Shown here one piece after another: positions 47,721 to 58,464 of a DNA stretch of 64,000 nucleotides (within the stretch, counting starts at the first letter, position 1; every line of letters begins with the position of its first letter). The stretch spans positions 310,001 to 374,000 of the forward strand of contig NIVC01000793.1 in the NCBI GenBank assembly GCA_002269645.1, read 5' to 3'. Origin of the DNA: Macrostomum lignano. Lineage: Eukaryota. The position numbers were made by a program, and so were the translations under genes. The notes below the pieces were generated by a model. That model was not told the DNA's origin and did no database searches. It saw nothing but the letters and a program-made list of their open reading frames with translations.

Positions 47721-48259
47721 CGAGAATGTCCAAAGAAATCAGATTTTCATTGGATTGAGAATTTTAAGACAGTTAAATCCCATTTCAATTTCGCAGAGCC
47801 ACTTCTTAGTCAACAAAACCAGAAGAAATCGAAGCCAGATCTTGCTCAATTATTATCCAAATTCAATTCTAAATTCACACTATAAGTACGAAGGAACAGT
47901 CTCAGTCTCTTGGGATATTGAAAGTTGATCTTATTATTCTGCTGCGTCGGATTTTAAAATCCCAAGAGTGGACTGATTATGCGACAGAGGGGGGGGGAGG
48001 CGCACGTGGCTGGAGTCTTGAGATGATCTCAGCTAGCTGGCAATAGAGATATAGAAAGATCGAGACAGCGGGCCAGACTTTGAGACGCACAAATTCGACC
48101 TCCCGCGGGTATTGCCGGGCCCTGCCAGACAGCGGCACTGCTCAGTAGGCCGACTCCAGTTTAATCAATCAGTTAGAGACGGCCGAGTTCACTTCGCTGC
48201 GTGCATTTTATTCAATAACTGCAGCTCCCGCGGTCAGAGAGACAGTTATTGGAGGGCGA

Positions 48260-51200
48260 TTCTCAGGGCGGGTAATTGGCGATTCTCAGGGCGGATAATT
48301 GGCGATTCTCAGGGCGGATAATTGGCGATTCTCAGGGTGGATAACTGGCGATTCTCAGGGTGGATAATTGGCGACTCTCACGGTGGATAATTGGCGATTC
48401 TCAGGGCGGATAATTGGCGATTCTCAGGGTGGATAACTGGCGATTCTCAGGGTGGATAATTGGCGACTCTCACGGTGGATAATTGGCGATTCTCAGGGTG
48501 GATAATTGGCGACTCTCAGGGTGGATAACTGGCGATTCTCAGGGTGGATAATTGGCGATTCTCAGGGTGGATAAGGGCGATTCTCAGGGCGGGTAATTGG
48601 CGATTCTCAGGGTGGATAACTGGCGATTCTCAGGGTGGATAATTGGCGATTCTCAGGGTGGATAATTGGCGACTCTCACGGTGGATAATTGGCGATTCTC
48701 AGGGTGGATAATTGGCGACTCTCAGGGTGGATAACTGGCGATTCTCAGGGTGGATAATTGGCGATTCTCAGGGTGGATAAGGGCGATTCTCAGGGCGGGT
48801 AATTGGCGATTCTCAGGGTGGATAACTGGCGATTCTCAGGGTGGATAATTGGCGATTCTCAGGGTGGATAATTGGCGATTCTCAGGGTGGATAATTGGCG
48901 ATTCTCAGGGTGGATAATTGGCGACTCTCACGGTGGATAATTGGCGATTCTCAGGGTGGATAATTGGCGACTCTCAGGGTGGATAACTGGCGATTCTCAG
49001 GGTGGATAATTGGCGATTCTCAGGGTGGATAAGGGCGATTCTCAGGGCGGGTAATTGGCGATTCTCAGGGTGGATAACTGGCGATTCTCAGGGTGGATAA
49101 TTGGCGATTCTCAGGGTGAATAATTGGCGATTCTCAGGGCGGATAATTGGCGATTCTCAGGGTGGATAATTGGCGATTCTCAGGATGGATAATTGGCGAT
49201 TCTCAGGATGGATAACTGGCGATTCTCAGGATGGATAATTGGCGATTCTCAGGATGGATAATTGGCGATTCTCAGGATGGATAACTGGCGATTCTCAGGG
49301 CGGATAATTGGCGATTCTCAGGGCGGATAATTGGCGATTCTCAGGGCGGATAATTGGCGATTCTCAGGGCGGATAATTGGCGATTCTCAGGGCGGATAAT
49401 TGGCGATTCTCAGGGTGGATAATTGGCGATTCTCAGGGTGAATAATTGGCGATTCTCAGGGTGGATAATTGGCGATTCTCAGGGTGGATAATTGGCGATT
49501 CTCAGGGTGAATAATTGGCGATTCTCAGGGCGGATAATTGGCGATTCTCAGGGCGGATAATTGGCGATTCTCAGGGCGGATAATTGGCGATTCTCAGGGT
49601 GGATAATTGGCGATTCTCAGGGTGGATAATTGGCGATTCTCAGGGTGGATAATTGGCGATTCTCAGGGTGAATAATTGGCGATTCTCAGGGTGGATAATT
49701 GGCGATTCTCAGGGTGTATAATTGGCGATTCTCAGGGTGGATAATTGGCGATTCTCAGGGTGGATAATTGGCGATTCTCAGGGTGAATAATTGGCGATTC
49801 TCAGGGTGAATAATTGGCGACTCTCAGGGTGAATAATTGGCGATTCTCAGGGAGAATAATTGGCGACTCTCAGGGTGAATAATTGGCGATTCTCAGGGTG
49901 GATAATTGGCGATTCTCAGGGTGAATAATTGGCGACTCTCAGGGTGGATAATTGGCGATTCTCAGGGTGAATAATTGGCGATTCTCAGGGTGGATAATTG
50001 GCGACTCTCACGGTGGATAATTGGCGATTCTCAGGGTGAATAATTGGCGACTCTCAGGGTGAATAATTGGCGATTCTCAGGGTGGATAATTGGCGATTCT
50101 CAGGGTGAATAAGGACGACTCTCAGGGTGGATAATTGGCGATTCTGAGGGTGGATAATTGGCGATTCTCAGGGTGGATAAGGGCGATTCTCAGGGTGTAT
50201 AATTGGCGATTCTCAGGGTGAATAATTGGCGATTCTCAGGGTGGATAATTGGCGATTCTCAGGGCGGATAATTGGCGATTCTGAGGGTGAATAATTGGCG
50301 ATTCTGAGGGTGGATAATTGGCGATTCTGAGGGTGAATAATTGGCGACTCTCAGGGTGGATAATTGGCGATTCTCAGGGTGGATAATTGGCGACTCTCAG
50401 GGCGGATAATTGGCGATTCTCAGGGTGAATAATTGGCGACTCTCAGGGTGAATAATTGGCGACTCTCAGGGTGGATAATTGGCGATTCTCAGGGTGGATA
50501 ATTGGCGACTCTCACGGTGGATAATTGGCGATTCTCAGGGTGAATAATTGGCGACTCTCAGGGTGAATAATTGGCGATTCTCAGGGTGGATAATTGGCGA
50601 TTCTCAGGGTGAATAAGGACGACTCTCAGGGTGGATAATTGGCGACTCTCAGGGCGGATAATTGGCGATTCTCAGGGTGGATAAGGGCGATTCTCAGGGT
50701 GTATAATTGGCGATTCTCAGGGTGAATAATTGGCGATTCTCAGGGTGGATAATTGGCGATTCTCAGGGCGGATAATTGGCGATTCTGAGGGTGAATAATT
50801 GGCGATTCTGAGGGTGGATAATTGGCGATTCTGAGGGTGAATAATTGGCGATTCTCAGGGTGGATAATTGGCGACTCTCACGGTGGATAATTGGCGATTC
50901 TCAGGGTGAATAATTGGCGACTCTCAGGGTGAATAATTGGCGATTCTCAGGGTGGATAATTGGCGATTCTCAGGGTGAATAAGGACGACTCTCAGGGTGG
51001 ATAATTGGCGACTCTCAGGGCGGATAATTGGCGATTCTCAGGGTGGATAAGGGCGATTCTCAGGGTGTATAATTGGCGATTCTCAGGGTGAATAATTGGC
51101 GATTCTCAGGGTGGATAATTGGCGATTCTCAGGGCGGATAATTGGCGATTCTGAGGGTGAATAATTGGCGATTCTGAGGGTGGATAATTGGCGATTCTGA

Positions 51201-51475
51201 GGGTGAATAATTGGCGACTCTCAGGGTGGATAATTGGCGATTCTCAGGGTGGATAATTGGCGACTCTCAGGGCGGATAATTGGCGATTCTCAGGGCGGAT
51301 AATTGGCGATTCTGAGGGTGAATAATTGGCGATTCTGAGGGTGGATAATTGGCGATTCTGAGGGTGGATAATTGGCGATTCTCAGGGTGGATATTGGCGA
51401 TTCTCAAGGTGGATATTGGCGATTCTCAGGGTGGATGATTGGCGATTCTCAGGGTGGATAAGGGCGACTCTCAGG
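48260..51475. repeat. 23-bp satellite (GGCGATTCTCAGGGTGGATAATT), about 140 copies
   Basis: Direct periodicity; largest array in the window. Confidence 0.99.
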
Positions 51476-51874
51476 GTTACTTTTAGGGCGGATGAGTCCG
51501 AGCGGGTGGATAAAATTTTAATACTGCCTGCATAAACTACTTACAAACAGTAGAATATTTGTTTTTGAAAAAAAATTAGGGATTTACATGTGAGGCACAT
51601 TTTCGTTAGTTTTTTTCGCGTGCAATAGCATTTTTTAAAAATGTTTGAAACGTGCTATCTAGTTATATTGTTATTTTGCGGTCACAGCAGGAAAATTTAG
51701 CAAAATAGCATAGATAAAAATATTCATAGGCATGAAGAGGCAGTGCGATCTACATATTCAATGTAAAAACATTAAGTCACATGTGGAGAAAAAAATAGTA
51801 AAGCTAACTAAAGTGAGCTGAAATTGGGCGTAGCTTAATTAGCATTTGTCAATACTGGCCAAAATGTAATTATG

Positions 51875-52112
51875 GTTGGCCAGGGGTATGAGTTTTTGTA
51901 CACTTAGGGGTGGTGGGTTGGCGAGGGGTATGAGTTTGTGTACACTTTGGGGTGGTGGGTTGGCCAGGGGTATGAGTTTGTGTACACTTAGGGGTGGTGG
52001 GTTGGCCAGGGGTATGAGTTTGTGTACACTTAGGGGTGGTGGGTTGGCCAGGGGTATGAGCTTGCGTACACTTAGGGGTGGTGGGTTGGCCAGGGGTATG
52101 AGCTTGCGTACA
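51875..52112. repeat. 42-bp unit x ~6 (GGTTGGCCAGGGGTATGAGTTTGTGTACACTTAGGGGTGGTG)
   Basis: 14-residue periodicity in the ORF track. Confidence 0.96.
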
Positions 52113-52864
52113 TGATCCAGTTAGCTAGTAGATTAATTTAAAACCAGTTTATTGACAAAAGCTATGTATACGAAGGCAGATATATCAACGATATCAGTCA
52201 GTCAAAATGTTATTGATATATTGTAAAAAATCTGAAATAAAAGATTAGCAATATTAAGCCATACTAATGCTTCTGGTAAAAGAAGAAAATACTGGAATGA
52301 GATTCAGCACTCCATACTCTATCTATTGTCACGGAATTATTTACAGCAAATGATTAAAACAAAAAAGTGGAGTAAAAATACAAACGCCGACACTACTCAC
52401 TTTGTCATTGATATGAAAATTAGGTTAAGCAGAAGAGCTCCTCTAGTCGGCATGGTTATAACACAATAAAGTATATAATGATTAGTCATGTACAGCAGCT
52501 GATGTTGAACTACCTACCAGCACAATAAATAAGAGGCACAAGTACGCGGTAGAACAAGTGAAACTAAAAAAATATAAACAAAAGAGCATGGTCAAATTCA
52601 GACAGGTATCCAGCACGTCAAAAAGTAGATGCACAACATTCACAGATTCTTGTCTTGCAAGCTAAAATTGAGCAATCAAGTCGGCCACAGTTACATTGTA
52701 AAGTAAACGAAAAAAATTTGTTCAGTCATGACAGTAAATACAGGCGGACACGGGAAACAATGAAAGTCATAAAACTTTATGAGCCATTTCAGCTGCTTAT
52801 TAGTTACAGTATACATTTTAAAAACTTTATCTGGGGGATTATTAAATGGGTCTTGGTGACTCTA

Positions 52865-53885
52865 CTGGTACATTGGGGTGGTAAGGCTAGTGAGGTCTAC
52901 GTTGGGGTGGTGAGGTCTGGGTGAGTGTACATTGGACTATGAAAGGTCTGGATGAGTGTACATTGGGGTGGTGAGGTCTGGATGAGTGTACATTGCAGTG
53001 GTGAGGTCTGGATGAGTGTACATTGGAGTGGTGAGGTCTGGATGAGTGTACATTGGAGTGGTGAGGTCTGGATGAGTGTATATTGGGGTGGTGGGTGGTG
53101 GGGCTAGTGAGGTCTGGATGAGTGTACATTGGGGTGGTGAGGTCTGGATGAGTGTACATTGGGGTGGTGAGGTCTGGATGAGTGTACATTGGGGTGGTGC
53201 GGTCTGGATGAGTGTACATTGGGGTGGTGAGGTCTGGATGAGTGTACATTGGGGTGGTGAGGTCTGGATGAGTGTACATTGGGGTGGTGAGGTCTGGATG
53301 AGTGTACATTGGGGTGGTGCGGTCTGGATGAGTGTACATTGGGGTGGTGCGGTCTGGATGAGTGTACATTGGGGTGGTGAGGTCTGGATGAGTGTACATT
53401 GGGGTGGTGCGGTCTGGATGAGTGTACATTGGGGTGGTGCGGTCTGGATGAGTGTACATTGGGGTGGTGAGGTCTGGATGAGTGTACATAGGGGTGGTGC
53501 GGTCTGGATGAGTGTACATTGGGGTGGCGAGGTCTGGATGAGTGTACATTGGGGTGGTGGGTGGTGGGGCTAGTGAGGTCTGGATGAGTGTACATTGGGG
53601 TAGTGAGGTCTGGATGAGTGTACATTGGGGTGGTGAGGTCTGGATGAGTGTATATTGGGGTGGTGGGTGGTGGGGCTAGTGAGGTCTGGATGAGTGTACA
53701 TTGGGGTGGTGCGGTCTGGATGAGTGTACATTGGGGTGGTGCGGTCTGGATGAGTGTACATTGGGGTGGTGAGGTCTGGATGAGTGTACATTGGGGTGGT
53801 GCGGTCTGGATGAGTGTACATTGGGGTGGTGCGGTCTGGATGAGTGTACATTGGGGTGGTGAGGTCTGGGTGAGTGCACATTGGG
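52865..53885. repeat. 30-bp minisatellite (GGTCTGGATGAGTGTACATTGGGGTGGTGA) 3' of the CHP-like gene
   Basis: 10-residue periodicity in the ORF track; about 33 copies. Confidence 0.98.
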
Positions 53886-53961
53886 GCTGTGAGACATTCA
53901 CACAGCTGTGTTTCAATAACCAATTCAGACTTGCAAATATGAAGCACACAGACCGCAGCAC

Positions 53962-54576
53962 TCAAAAGTGAATAGCCATTTTCTCTTCAATATCCAGACC
54001 CTCCATAGCCGCACGGAACTCCTGGTACGAGATGCGATTATCCTTCACCTGATCCACTTCGGACAGGGCTCTGCTAGCGATGGATTGAATCTGCTCCAAT
54101 GGCAAATTGTTGCCAACCAGCATGTGCAGCAGCGAGCTGAGCTCAGTCAGACTCAAGAATTCGTTCTCTTCAATGTCCAACATCCTGTAGACAAACTGCA
54201 CCTTGGCCTCGCGTTGAGCTGGCGTGTGCGCCGGCTGGAACACGGCTATGGCTGAGCAGAACTCGGGAAACGACATGGCATCGGAGCCGCGCGGATACAG
54301 GGCGCACACGATTCTGGCGCCAAGCGGATTGAGCGACAGCTCCGGATCCGACATCATCTGGCGTCGGCTGAGCAGTTTACCCTCGCCGCGATGGATACTA
54401 GACAGTGATGCCGAACTAGCGCCGGTTTCGTTGCCGCGCCGACACAGCTGGTTAAATCGGCGATGAAGCCGTTGGACAGTGGAATGGGACAGCCCCGTGT
54501 CCGCCGAGATCTTTGCCGCGTCAACGTCGGCGAGGGCTTCGCGCTGAGACCGGATGTTCGACAGGGCTGAGCCCAT
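53962..54576 (-). CDS. CHP1: Calcineurin B homologous protein-like EF-hand protein, 204 aa, single coding exon
   Basis: MGSALS myristoylation-type start, TGLSHSTVQRLHRRF, PELSLNPLGARIV, KVQFVYRMLD, MLVGNNLPLEQIQSIASRALSEVDQ..D..ISYQEF, C-terminal DIEEKMAIHF; these align with recalled CHP1. The ORF-track extension to 54666 runs into the repeat array. Confidence 0.85.
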   Translation of the reverse strand: MGSALSNIRSQREALADVDAAKISADTGLSHSTVQRLHRRFNQLCRRGNETGASSASLSSIHRGEGKLLSRRQMMSDPELSLNPLGARIVCALYPRGSDAMSFPEFCSAIAVFQPAHTPAQREAKVQFVYRMLDIEENEFLSLTELSSLLHMLVGNNLPLEQIQSIASRALSEVDQVKDNRISYQEFRAAMEGLDIEEKMAIHF

Positions 54577-54624
54577 CTTGACAGCAGCTGCAGTGGGGAT
54601 GCTGGCGCCACTGTACATACGAGA

Positions 54625-55435
54625 ATTGGGGATTCCCCTTAGCCATCTTTGATTCCCCTTAGCCATCCCTGATTCCCCTAAGCCATCCGTGATTCCCCTT
54701 AGCCATCACTGATTCCCCTTAGCCATCCCTGATTTCCCTTAGCCATCCCTGATTTCCCTTAGCCATCCCTGATTCCCCTTAGCCACCCCTGATTCCCCTT
54801 AGCCACCCCTGATTCCCCTTAGCCACCCCTGATTCCCCTTAGCCACCCCTGATTCCTCTTAGCCACCCCTGATTCCCCTTAGCCATCCGTGATTCCCCTT
54901 AGCCATCACTGATTCCCCTTAGCTATCCCTGATTTCCCTTAGCCATCCCTGATTCCCATTGACCATCCATGATTCCCCTTAACCACCCCTGATTCCCCTT
55001 AGCCACCCCTGATACCCCTTAGCTATCCCTGATACCCCTTAGCTATCCCTGATACCCCTTAGCCACCCCTGATTCCCCTTAGCCATCCCTGATTCCCTTA
55101 GCCATTCCTGATTCCCATTGACCATCCCTGATTCCCCTTAACCACCCCTGATTCCCCTTAGCCACCCCTGATACCCCTTAGCCACCCCTGATACCCCTTA
55201 GCTATCCCTGATACCCCTTAGCCACCCCTGATACCCCTTAGCTATGCCTGATACCCCTTAGCCACCCCTGATTCCCCTTAGCCATCCCTGATTCCCTTAG
55301 CCATTCCTGATTCCCATTGACCATCCCTGATTCCCCTTAACCACCCCTGATTCCCCTTAGCCACCCCTGATACCCCTTAGCTATCCCTGATACCCCTTAG
55401 CCACCCCTGATTCCTCTTAGCCATAACTGATTCTT
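54625..55435. repeat. 20-bp minisatellite (GATTCCCCTTAGCCACCCCT) immediately 5' of the CHP-like gene
   Basis: Direct periodicity, about 40 copies. Confidence 0.97.
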
Positions 55436-56089
55436 CATAGCACCTTGATTCCCTATGGGTATCTCCCTGATTCCTTTTAGCCACTTCTAATTCCTCATAG
55501 ATCTGTGGTACATCTTGAGTATCTCTAGTTCCTTTTGCACTTATGCATCGGTTTACAAATATCTAATTCAAAGCAGTGCAAAGTTGGTACACCAAAGATT
55601 ACGCGAATATGATTATATATATTAAAGTTAAATTTCAGACAGCAAATATACATATTTACGCATAGATAGCGCTATTAACACAAAGTAAGATTTTAGCTGG
55701 GTTCATAGCTGCCAATTGCAAGATGCAACTAATTTAAGTTTGAAATCATTGCATGGAATAAATACAGAGAAATGCTGCGAAACAGACATAATTAGTTACT
55801 CGATAACATTTAAATTAGCTTTTACTAAAAAAACTAGTTGATTACAGAGCCTACAAAAATGACACGGAATTAATGAATATTTTACGTATAAAAATATAAT
55901 AGGAGTATAATGAGTGACTTCATTTTGTTTATTATATTGTAGTATATAATACATAAGCAGATGATACGATAAAAGAAATTTTTGTTTTAGAATAATTATT
56001 ATTTGTTGTTTTGGATACAATCGGCGACAAATGGAGAATTAGAAGTACAAGCTGATTCAGAAAGGGGGGAAGGATACCGTAGTAGTTGA

Positions 56090-56315
56090 AAGATGGGAGA
56101 GAGGAGAGGAGAGAGAGAGAGGGGAGGGAAGAAAGGAGAGGGGAGAAAGGAGAGGAGAGAGGTTAGAGAGGGGAGGAGAGAGAGGAGAGAGGGGAGGGGA
56201 GAGAGGAGGGAGGGGAGTGGAGGGGAGAGGAGAGAGGGGAGAGGGGAGGGGAGAGAGGAGGGAAAGGAGGGGAGAGGGGAGAGGGGAGAGGGGAGAGGAA
56301 AGAGTAGAGGGAGGT
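56090..56315. repeat. GA-rich low-complexity tract
   Basis: Almost only G and A. Confidence 0.9.
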
Positions 56316-56480
56316 GAGAAACAATAAAAACAGACAAATAAAAACCGGACAGTCAGTTCAAACAATGCCATTTTGTTAGAAAAGGGGCGGTGCAAAGCAA
56401 GACAGCCCCAGTATAATGGTCAATAATGCTAACAATAGATACACACCGAGCATGAGCAAGCGGCAGTGCAAATCAGCAAA

Positions 56481-58323
56481 TCAAGCATCGAACAGGGTGT
56501 GCAGACTTTCTTCTTCTCGCAGCACAAACGGGAATTCCTGGTTGCGACGCGACGGTCCGCTGCCGCCCGTCTCCGCCTGCTGCGAGCTGTCGCCACCGAC
56601 GCCGTCCGGCTGTCCATCGTCGGCCGCATCTTCGCCGGAATTGGCTGCAGCGGCGGCGGCGGCGGCGGCCTCGGCAGCCAAATGCTGCTGCTGCTGCTGC
56701 CGCTCCTGATCGATGATCTCGTCTATTTGGCCGGACACCGGGACGACTCGCATGCCACCGCCGCCTCCGGCCGCATCTCCGCCTTCGGCAACGTCGGCGT
56801 CCTCCTGGTTGATCACCAGCACGGTGATTGGCGCAGAGGCCGAACGCAGGTGCACCTGGTATTGCACCCGACGACCGCCGTCTGAGTAGTAGGACTCGTG
56901 CTCGTCAGGTATTGGCACCTGGCCAAGGAATTGGGAGGGGTAGTATTGTTAACTAGCCCTAACTATCGCTTCTAGACAGTTCTTAGCTATTTTTAGCAGC
57001 ACAAAATGATTTCCATCGTATCATTACATCAGCCCGATATGCAAGCTGATATGACCCCGATCGGTCATGTGACACCCCTAGCAAACTTGTGACACCCCGA
57101 TCGGTCATGTGACACCCCTAGCAAACTTGTGACACCCCTATCGGTCATGTGACACCCCTAGCAAACTTGTGACACCCCGATCGGCCATGTGACACCCCTA
57201 GCAAACTTGTGACACCCCGATCGGTCATGTGACACCCCTAGCAAACTTGTGACACCCCTATCGGTCATGTGACACCCCTAGCAAATTTGTGGCACCCATA
57301 TCAGCCTTGCGACACCCCTATCAGCCTTGTGACACACAAATCAGCCTTGTGACACCCTTATCAGCCTTATGACACCCTATCAGCCTTGTGACACCCAAAT
57401 AACCCTTGTGACACCCTTATCAAACTTGTAACACCCCTGTCAGCCTTGTGACACCCCTATCAAGCATGTGACACCTCTTATTAGCCTTGTGACACCCCAT
57501 CAGGTTTGTGAGATTCCTATATTAGTACTATAAACAGCCAAATGACCCGCATAAGCAATGTCTCTCCTACCTCCAGCCTAGTCCCATGCGGCGCCTTGAT
57601 AACAAGCGAAGTCTTGCCCTCAAAAATGGCGCACAAATCCTGATGAGTCAAATAGACATAGGGCTGATTATCCGGGTCCTCAGTAACATTCACTAGCGAC
57701 TGTTCAATCTGCTGCTTATAAGCGTCCATCTTACTCTCCAGATGCTTCAAATGGTTAATCTCATCGGTCAGTTGAGTGAGCTTAGCCTGAATCTCTGGCG
57801 AGTTTGTGGCCGGACTGGCTCCCTTCCATTGCACGCAGTTCTTGCTCCGTTTCTCAATCAAGCCGATACCCTCCAGCACGTTGGTGATGTCGTAGATTCT
57901 GCGCTTCTGACCAACTCGAAGATACTCAGCAGCGGCTTTCAAGTCTAGCACCCCGTCTGGGGCGTCTTTTAATAATTGAACAAATCGTTCGGTTAGTATG
58001 CCAAGGCTTTTGTCTTGGCGAGTGGTGAACATGCTGGCAGCTTGGGAGCCGCCACCAGCGCCGCCGCCGCCGCCTCCTCCTCCACTGGTGCTCCAATGCT
58101 GCTGTTGCTGCTGCTGTTGCTGATGATGATGATGAATAATAGGCTGCTGAACGTGATGCACAGCCGACATGGCGCCTTCAACAGCTCCGCCATGGTAGCC
58201 GGGGCTAGCAGCATAGTGAACAGCCGATGACCGACCCAGAGGATTGCCGTCGGCGCCAATCACGGCAGTTTGATATCCGCCAATTAGTTGGTCAGTAGTA
58301 TAAGTTAATTGGTGACCGGCCAT
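56481..58323 (-). CDS. E2F4: E2F4/5-type transcription factor, 396 aa; exons 58323-57571 and 56918-56481
   Basis: DNA-binding domain [52 protein letters not shown]; marked box [10 protein letters not shown]|[20 protein letters not shown]; pocket-protein motif [14 protein letters not shown]. Phase-0 GT-AG intron 56919-57570. E2F4 and E2F5 cannot be distinguished. Confidence 0.92.
57050..57500. repeat. 20-bp array on a GTGACACCCC core in the E2F intron; alternating 40-bp dimer in the left half
   Basis: GTGACACCCCGATCGGTCAT alternates with GTGACACCCCTAGCAAACTT. Confidence 0.93.
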
Positions 58324-58464
58324 TGCTTGCTGCTGCTTTTAATAATCTAGTGTTTTTTGGGATGCTTTCACTGCTTTTGTTTCTGAAGCAAACTTATCTG
58401 CATGAAAATTTCAGGATGGGAAATTTCATGTAGAAAGCAAATAGGGTTGGTTAGGAGGCGGTTC

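Noticed and set aside
48260-51475. E2F-site array (TTGGCG in each 23-bp unit)
   Set aside because: Context ATTGGCGA does not fit TTTSSCGC, and the array is far from any promoter I can identify.
54577-54666. 30-aa N-terminal extension of the CHP-like protein in the ORF track
   Set aside because: Starts inside the 20-bp array and would bury the MGxxxS myristoylation motif; an acceptor-like AG lies at 54611.
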